Shown here piece after piece: positions 58,108 through 64,000 of a DNA stretch of 64,000 nucleotides. Position 1 is the stretch's first letter; every line of letters begins with the position of its first letter. The DNA is taken from the NCBI GenBank assembly GCA_902634135.1, contig CACPJB010000001.1, forward strand, positions 8,186-72,185, written 5' to 3'. The position numbers and the translations under genes were made by a program. This DNA comes from an uncultured Marinoscillum sp. (GTDB lineage Bacteria; Bacteroidota; Bacteroidia; Cytophagales; MED-G16). Under the pieces are notes generated by a model. That model saw only the letters and a program-made list of their open reading frames with translations, did no database searches and was not told where the DNA came from.

Positions 58108-59148
58108 ATGTATAAGAAATTAATTCGTCCTATACTTTTTCTTTTTAAGCCAGAGTTTATTCATAACATTTCTTTTTTTTCAATCAAATTAATTTTTAAA
58201 ATTCCTTTAATTAAATTTTTATCAAAAAGACTTTTTGTTTTAGAAAATAAAAAATTAGAAGTAAATCTTATTGGAAAAAAGTTCAAAAATAGAATTGGAT
58301 TAGCAGCTGGTTTTGACAAAAATGCTGAATTATTAAATCAAATAGAGTATTTCGGATTTAGTCATGTAGAAATTGGAACAATTACTCCGTTACCTCAAGA
58401 TGGTAATCCTAAACCTAGGCTTTTTAGGCTTGCATCAGAAAATGCCCTGATCAATAGAATGGGTTTTAATAATGATGGTGTGGATATTATCCTTAAAAGA
58501 ATAAGATCATACAAGGGTAATTTGATAATAGGTGCTAATATTGGAAAGAATAAAACAACCCATAATAATAAAGCTATAGATGATTATTTATTTTGTTTTA
58601 AAAAACTTAGAAATTATGTTGATTATTTTGTAATAAATGTCAGTTCACCTAATACACCTGGATTAAGAAAACTTCAAAATAAAGAAAGCTTAGATTTTAT
58701 TTTAGAAAAAATACAACTTGAAAATAAATCAAATGGAAAACCTGTACCAGTATTTATTAAAATTGCTCCTGATCTTTCCCTCTCTGAAATTGATGGTATA
58801 ATTGAAGTATCCATAAAAAATAGTATTAATGGAGTGATAGCTACTAATACCACAATATCAAGAAAAGGATTGAAATCAAATAAAATAAAAAATATTGGTG
58901 AAGGTGGTTTAAGTGGAAAACCTTTATCAGAAAAGTCAAATTCAATTATTAAATATTTGAAAAAAAACGCAAAAAATAATTTAGTGATTATTGGTGTTGG
59001 TGGTGTATTTACTTTTGAAGATGTACATGATAAGATTAAATCTGGAGCTGATCTTGTCCAAGTATATACTGGTTGGATATATGAAGGCCCATCAATGATA
59101 AAAAAAATTAATAATTCATTATTAAAATTAGAAAAAGAGAATTATTAA
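58108..59148 (+). CDS. pyrD: Dihydroorotate dehydrogenase (quinone), class 2
   Basis: 346 aa with an N-terminal membrane-associated extension and NVSSPNTPGLR and GGL(S)G motifs. Confidence 0.9.
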   Translation: MYKKLIRPILFLFKPEFIHNISFFSIKLIFKIPLIKFLSKRLFVLENKKLEVNLIGKKFKNRIGLAAGFDKNAELLNQIEYFGFSHVEIGTITPLPQDGNPKPRLFRLASENALINRMGFNNDGVDIILKRIRSYKGNLIIGANIGKNKTTHNNKAIDDYLFCFKKLRNYVDYFVINVSSPNTPGLRKLQNKESLDFILEKIQLENKSNGKPVPVFIKIAPDLSLSEIDGIIEVSIKNSINGVIATNTTISRKGLKSNKIKNIGEGGLSGKPLSEKSNSIIKYLKKNAKNNLVIIGVGGVFTFEDVHDKIKSGADLVQVYTGWIYEGPSMIKKINNSLLKLEKENY

Positions 59149-59175
59149 GTAATTATCTATTATTAAATTTGATAA

Positions 59176-61536
59176 ATGGTAGAGAGCTCATATAATAACG
59201 ATTATTACGAAGAAGAAGAAAATAAAAAATCAATAATTGAAAAATTAAAAATTTCATTTGGAGCTATATCTTTCACTTTTTCTTTAATAATATTTTTTTC
59301 TCTTGTATCCTATTTTTTTACTGGTGAAGCAGATCAAAGTTTAATTGATTCTGGATTGTCTTTTTCAGTATTAGGTGATGAATCTAAGAATTGGTTGGGT
59401 GTATTTGGGGCATTTCTCTCTTATTATTTAATATTTATAACTTTTGGTATATCTTCATTCTTATTAGTTCCTTTATTATTAGTAATTGCTTTTCGATTAC
59501 TTTTTAATTCCAAAATATACTCATTAACTAAAATATCTATTTTTACTTTTTTTGGTATAGTATGGGTTTCTTCTATTATGGGGTTTTTCCTAAATATATT
59601 TCCTGAAAATTATTATTTAGTAAATTACACTGGAGGAATTGGTTATAATTTATCCCTTTTCTTGAATAATTTATTAGGTATTTCATCAATTATTGTTCTA
59701 TTACTATTTCTTTTTTTATTTGTTATCTTCTTTTATAATATATATTCTATTCCATCTCTATCTTTTAAAAAAAATAGATCCTCAGATGAATTTGTTGATG
59801 ATATAGGCCAAGATTCATTCAATAATGAAATTGATGAAGATAAGGAAATTGAAAATATTAATTTATATGAAGAAGAAAATAAAATAGAATCTACAATAGA
59901 TGAATTAAAGGTTGATAATTCAGATAAAGAAAAAGAAGAGGAAGTATATAAACTCGATGAGAACAAAGAAAAAATAGATTTAAAAGTTGAAAAAGGGGTT
60001 GATGAAAAAAAATCTACTAATCTCATAAGTGATGTATATGACCCTGAATTAGATCTTTCTAATTATAAGTACCCTAAAATCGATTTATTAAATGATACAA
60101 CTAATACAAAGATACAGGTTTCAAAGGATGAATTAACATCAAACAAAAATAGGATAATTGAAACTCTTAAAAACTTTAAAATTGAAATAGCCAAAATTAA
60201 AGCTACTATTGGACCTACCGTTACTTTATATGAAATAGTACCAGAGGCTGGGGTGAAAATATCAAAGATTAAAAATTTAGAAGATGATATTGCATTAAGT
60301 CTTTCGGCATTAGGAATAAGAATTATTGCACCTATTCCAGGAAAAGGAACTATAGGAATTGAAGTGCCAAATAAGAATAGAGAGGTAGTTAGCCTTAGGT
60401 CTGTAATGAGTACAGAAAAATTTGTAAAGTGTGATTATGAACTTCCTCTGATTTTAGGAAAAACAATTTCAAATGAAGTTTATTTAGCTGATTTAACCAA
60501 AATGCCTCATATTTTAGTTGCAGGTGCTACAGGTCAGGGAAAATCAGTCGGGTTAAATGTGATGTTGTCATCTCTATTATATAAAAAACATCCATCTATT
60601 TTAAAATTTGTATTGATAGACCCCAAAAAGGTAGAATTATCATTATATAATAGAATTGAAAAACATTTCCTTGCAAAACTCCCTGACTCAGAAGAACCAA
60701 TAATTACTGAAACTAAAAAGGTTGTACATACATTAAACTCTCTATGTACTGAGATGGATGTGAGATATAATTTGCTAAAGGATGCACAAGCCAGAAATCT
60801 TAAAGAATACAATAAAAAGTTCATAAATAGAAAGTTAAATCCTAATGAAGGTCATAGATATTTACCCTATATTGTTTTAGTTATTGATGAATTAGCTGAT
60901 TTAATGATGACAGCTGGAAAAGAAATTGAAAACCCAATTGCCAGATTAGCTCAATTGGCAAGAGCAATTGGAATTCATCTAATTGTAGCAACTCAAAGAC
61001 CATCTGTTAATGTTATTACAGGAGTTATTAAAGCTAATTTTCCTACGAGATTGTCTTTTAAAGTTACTTCTAATATGGATTCAAGAACTATATTGGACAC
61101 AAAAGGAGCTGAGCAACTTGTTGGAATGGGAGATATGTTATTTTCTTCTGGATCAGACATAATAAGGTTACAGTGTCCATTTGTTGATACCCCTGAAATT
61201 GAAAGAATTTGTGAATTAATAGGAAATCAGAGGGGATATATTTCTGCATATTTACTTCCTGAATATATTGATGAAAATGAAAAACAGATAGCAGACATCG
61301 ATTTATCTGATAGGGACCCTTTATTTGAGGATGCAGCAAGACTTGTAGTCTCTTCACAAACTGGAAGTACTTCACTTTTGCAAAGAAAATTGAAGTTAGG
61401 TTATAATAGAGCAGGAAGATTAACTGATCAACTTGAGGTTGCGGGTATTGTTGGCCCTTCAGAAGGAAGTAAACCTAGACAAGTTTTAGTTCAAGATGAA
61501 TATAGTCTTGAAAAATTACTTAATGAATTAGGTTAA
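59176..61536 (+). CDS. ftsK: DNA translocase FtsK/SpoIIIE
   Basis: 786 aa with N-terminal TM helices, an acidic/Lys-rich linker, the GATGQGKSV Walker A and a C-terminal gamma (winged-helix) domain. Confidence 0.9.
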   Translation: MVESSYNNDYYEEEENKKSIIEKLKISFGAISFTFSLIIFFSLVSYFFTGEADQSLIDSGLSFSVLGDESKNWLGVFGAFLSYYLIFITFGISSFLLVPLLLVIAFRLLFNSKIYSLTKISIFTFFGIVWVSSIMGFFLNIFPENYYLVNYTGGIGYNLSLFLNNLLGISSIIVLLLFLFLFVIFFYNIYSIPSLSFKKNRSSDEFVDDIGQDSFNNEIDEDKEIENINLYEEENKIESTIDELKVDNSDKEKEEEVYKLDENKEKIDLKVEKGVDEKKSTNLISDVYDPELDLSNYKYPKIDLLNDTTNTKIQVSKDELTSNKNRIIETLKNFKIEIAKIKATIGPTVTLYEIVPEAGVKISKIKNLEDDIALSLSALGIRIIAPIPGKGTIGIEVPNKNREVVSLRSVMSTEKFVKCDYELPLILGKTISNEVYLADLTKMPHILVAGATGQGKSVGLNVMLSSLLYKKHPSILKFVLIDPKKVELSLYNRIEKHFLAKLPDSEEPIITETKKVVHTLNSLCTEMDVRYNLLKDAQARNLKEYNKKFINRKLNPNEGHRYLPYIVLVIDELADLMMTAGKEIENPIARLAQLARAIGIHLIVATQRPSVNVITGVIKANFPTRLSFKVTSNMDSRTILDTKGAEQLVGMGDMLFSSGSDIIRLQCPFVDTPEIERICELIGNQRGYISAYLLPEYIDENEKQIADIDLSDRDPLFEDAARLVVSSQTGSTSLLQRKLKLGYNRAGRLTDQLEVAGIVGPSEGSKPRQVLVQDEYSLEKLLNELG

Positions 61537-61590
61537 CAATACTTAACGATTTAGATTAACTTTACATTAAATATTAAGTTAGTTTTAAGT

Positions 61591-62217
61591 ATGAAGTTTT
61601 TTTTAATATCATTTTATCTAGTTTTATTCAATTCATTATTTTCTTATTCTCAAGAAGATAAAACAGCACTTAATATGTTAAATTCAATGAGTGACAATTA
61701 TAAGAAAATGAAAGGTTTCACTTCATCATTTACATATACAATGAAAAATTTAACTGAAGATATATCAGATTCATTTTCAGGAAAAATTTCCGTAAAAGAT
61801 GATAAGTATGTCTTATTTATTGAGGGACAAAAAATAATAAATGATTCTAAAACAATTTGGACTTATTTGGAAGAATTAAATGAAGTAACAATTTCCGATT
61901 TTGATCCTTCTGAGCAAGATATTTCAATTAATAATGTATTTGAGATATATAAAGAAGGTTATAAACATAAATTTATTGGAAAAAAAGATGGAAAAAATAT
62001 AGTTGAAATTTATCCTGAAGATGAGTACAAATCTTATTTTAAAATTTCATTTGAAATTCTTAGTAATAATCAATTATCTAGCTTTACTGTTTATGATAAA
62101 TCAAATAGTATTTTTATTTATTCTATTAAAGATTTTTTAGAGGAAGATTTAGATAATTCTCTTTTTACATTTAACATTGAATCATATCCAGAAATTGAAG
62201 TAATTGATTTTAGATAA
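61591..62217 (+). CDS. LolA-like outer-membrane lipoprotein carrier protein
   Basis: 208 aa with a signal peptide and a LolA-like beta-rich sequence. Its position directly after ftsK is a widely conserved synteny. Confidence 0.62.
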   Translation: MKFFLISFYLVLFNSLFSYSQEDKTALNMLNSMSDNYKKMKGFTSSFTYTMKNLTEDISDSFSGKISVKDDKYVLFIEGQKIINDSKTIWTYLEELNEVTISDFDPSEQDISINNVFEIYKEGYKHKFIGKKDGKNIVEIYPEDEYKSYFKISFEILSNNQLSSFTVYDKSNSIFIYSIKDFLEEDLDNSLFTFNIESYPEIEVIDFR

Positions 62218-62220
62218 AAA

Positions 62221-63042
62221 ATGAATTTTTCTGATATTGTAAACCAAATAAAAAATAAAAAGTCATATCTATGTATAGGTTTAGATTCAGATATAGAAAA
62301 AATACCTAATCACCTAAAAAAACTAGAGGACCCAATTTTTGAGTTTAATAAAAGGATAATTGATGCAACCAAGGACTTAGCTATCGCATACAAACCTAAT
62401 CTAGCCTTCTATGAATCTCAAGGTATAAATGGTTTAGCATCTCTTAAAAAAACATTAAAATATATTCCAAATAATATTCTTAAAATCGCAGATGCTAAAA
62501 GAGGAGATATTGGAAATACCTCCAAAATGTATGCAAAATCTTTTTTTGAAACTTATAATTTTGATGCAATTACTTTATCTCCATATATGGGTAAAGATTC
62601 CTCCCTACCATATTTAAATTATGATAACAAATGGATAATTTTATTAGCTCTTACCTCAAATAATAGTTCCATAGATATTCAACATTTTAAAAATAATAAT
62701 GATAAAAAATTATATCATCATATTATTGAAGATTCTTTAAATTGGTCAAATAAAGAAAATACAATGTATGTTGTAGGAGCAAATAGAGTGTCAGAAATTC
62801 AGGACATTAGAAAAATTGTTCCTAATAATTTTCTTTTAATTCCTGGAGTGGGAACACAAGGTAATGATCTTAAAGAAATAAGCTTAAACTCTATAAATGA
62901 TAATTGTGGAATTATAGTTAATGTTTCTAGAGATATAATTTATTCAGACTCATCAACTTCTTTTGAATGGAAAGTAAGAAATAAAGCATTAGAATATCAA
63001 AATCAAATGAAGTCAATTCTGAATAAAAAAGGTTTTTTATGA
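62221..63042 (+). CDS. pyrF: Orotidine 5'-phosphate decarboxylase (long/type 2 form)
   Basis: 273 aa with a DAKRGDIGNT motif. Confidence 0.85.
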   Translation: MNFSDIVNQIKNKKSYLCIGLDSDIEKIPNHLKKLEDPIFEFNKRIIDATKDLAIAYKPNLAFYESQGINGLASLKKTLKYIPNNILKIADAKRGDIGNTSKMYAKSFFETYNFDAITLSPYMGKDSSLPYLNYDNKWIILLALTSNNSSIDIQHFKNNNDKKLYHHIIEDSLNWSNKENTMYVVGANRVSEIQDIRKIVPNNFLLIPGVGTQGNDLKEISLNSINDNCGIIVNVSRDIIYSDSSTSFEWKVRNKALEYQNQMKSILNKKGFL

Positions 63043-63995
63043 AAAATAAATATCAAATATTACTTTTTTATTCCTATTCGGTTATTAAAGATTTAATAGG
63101 CTTCAAAAATAAGCACCATTTATTCTGCATAAAAAATAATATAAAGGGAAGAGTCATAATTTCTTCAGAAGGTATTAATGGAACTGTTTCAGGACTTATA
63201 GAAGATTGTAAAAAATATATTAATGAATTAAATAGTATCAGAATATTTAGTGATATAGACTTTAAAATTGAAAGTCATCATAAAAATGTATTTAATAAAA
63301 TTAATGTTAGAATAAAAGATGAAATTGTAAATTCAGGACTAACTAAAAAAAAGTTGCTTAATAAAAAAGGAAAATACATTGAGCCATCTGAATTTAAAAA
63401 AATTATAGAAAATACTCCTAAGGATGTTACAATTTTAGATGTTAGATCTAATTATGAGCATAATATAGGTAAGTTTAAAAATGCTATGACATTAGATATT
63501 GATAATTTTAGAGATTTTCCTGAAAAAATATCTGAAATTAAGAAAAAAGTTAAAAAGTCTAATAAAATTATAACCTATTGTACAGGAGGCGTTAAGTGCG
63601 AAAAAGCTAGTGCTTTTCTAAAAGAAAATGGTTATGAAAATGTTTACCAACTACATGGAGGGATTATTAAATATGGACTTCAAGAAGAAGGTAAAAACTT
63701 TGAGGGTAAATGTTATGTTTTTGATAATAGAATTGTAAAAGATGTAAATAAAATTAATCCTCTCATTATTGGTAAATGTTATGTCACTGGAGAAAAAACA
63801 GATAGAATGGTGAATTGTGCTAATGTTTTATGTAACAAACATTTCCCACTTAGCGATGAAGGAGCAAAAAAATATGAGGGTTGTTGCTCAGAAGATTGTT
63901 TAAAAAATGGTGATATAAGAAAGTTTAATGGAACAGGGTTTTATCAAAAGGAATTAAACGGATATAATCCATATATTGGATTACAAAAAGAATGA
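63039..63995 (+). CDS. trhO: Rhodanese-domain protein of the UPF0176/YceA (tRNA uridine-34 hydroxylase TrhO) family
   Basis: 318 aa with the active-site loop YCTGGVKCEKA and a C-terminal Cys-rich tail. It has an ATGA overlap with pyrF. Confidence 0.78.
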   Translation: MKNKYQILLFYSYSVIKDLIGFKNKHHLFCIKNNIKGRVIISSEGINGTVSGLIEDCKKYINELNSIRIFSDIDFKIESHHKNVFNKINVRIKDEIVNSGLTKKKLLNKKGKYIEPSEFKKIIENTPKDVTILDVRSNYEHNIGKFKNAMTLDIDNFRDFPEKISEIKKKVKKSNKIITYCTGGVKCEKASAFLKENGYENVYQLHGGIIKYGLQEEGKNFEGKCYVFDNRIVKDVNKINPLIIGKCYVTGEKTDRMVNCANVLCNKHFPLSDEGAKKYEGCCSEDCLKNGDIRKFNGTGFYQKELNGYNPYIGLQKE

Positions 63996-64000
63996 TTTAT

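Noticed and set aside
1-64000. Scan for CRISPR arrays, tandem or interspersed repeats, IS elements, tRNA and rRNA genes, toxin-antitoxin pairs and known defence genes
   Set aside because: None was recognised. Intergenic regions are nearly all under 120 nt. The only long non-coding stretches are the ssrA locus and the 235-bp AT-rich spacer at 35130-35364, which shows only low-complexity TTTTAATTT-type repetition. Reading by eye cannot exclude dispersed repeats, so a self-dot-plot would settle it.

Overview
This looks like a 64 kb chromosomal segment from a very AT-rich, tightly packed Bacteroidota genome, probably Flavobacteriia-like. The supporting clues are DUF4290-murA synteny, a TonB-dependent receptor with a CarboxypepD_reg N-terminus, TAnnTTTG-type -7 motifs, a GE..Y.A-type tmRNA tag, and many lipoproteins and signal peptides.

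I can support about 60 CDS, one tmRNA (ssrA) and two GC-rich intrinsic terminators. I saw no rRNA, tRNA, CRISPR array, IS element, transposase, phage integrase or recognisable defence genes.

The content is mostly housekeeping:
- Metabolism: prpBCD (methylcitrate cycle), gcvT, ispD, murA, aroQ, pyrD and pyrF.
- Histidine utilisation: a hutH-hutU-hutI operon with a fused formimidoyltransferase-cyclodeaminase and a Na:alanine-family symporter.
- Translation: dtd, pheT, rpsT, queA and rplM-rpsI-rpsB-tsf.
- Replication, repair and division: rnhB, zapA, recA, dnaX, uvrD, rnhA, xerD and ftsK-lolA.

I do not see a clear mobile or defence island. The best candidates for something undescribed are:
1. 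A two-component system whose regulator and kinase genes are split by an oppositely oriented TonB-dependent receptor plus a compositionally aberrant beta-helix-like lipoprotein (30.0-36.5 kb).
2. A cluster of three exported proteins of unknown function directly after ssrA (48.2-51.3 kb).
3. A module of a Gfo/Idh/MocA oxidoreductase, a NupG-like permease and a Tat-exported Gfo/Idh/MocA oxidoreductase (42.3-46.2 kb).

Smaller sequence-level observations:
- An A11 tract in dnaX at the expected tau/gamma boundary, with stops in both alternative frames.
- A tmRNA tag ending in MAV rather than LAA.
- A GC-enriched prpBCD-dtd block.
- Convergent gene pairs with essentially no space between them: 8 of 11 physically overlap.

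All functional calls come from my reading of the translated ORFs for motifs and family resemblance. No database search was run.
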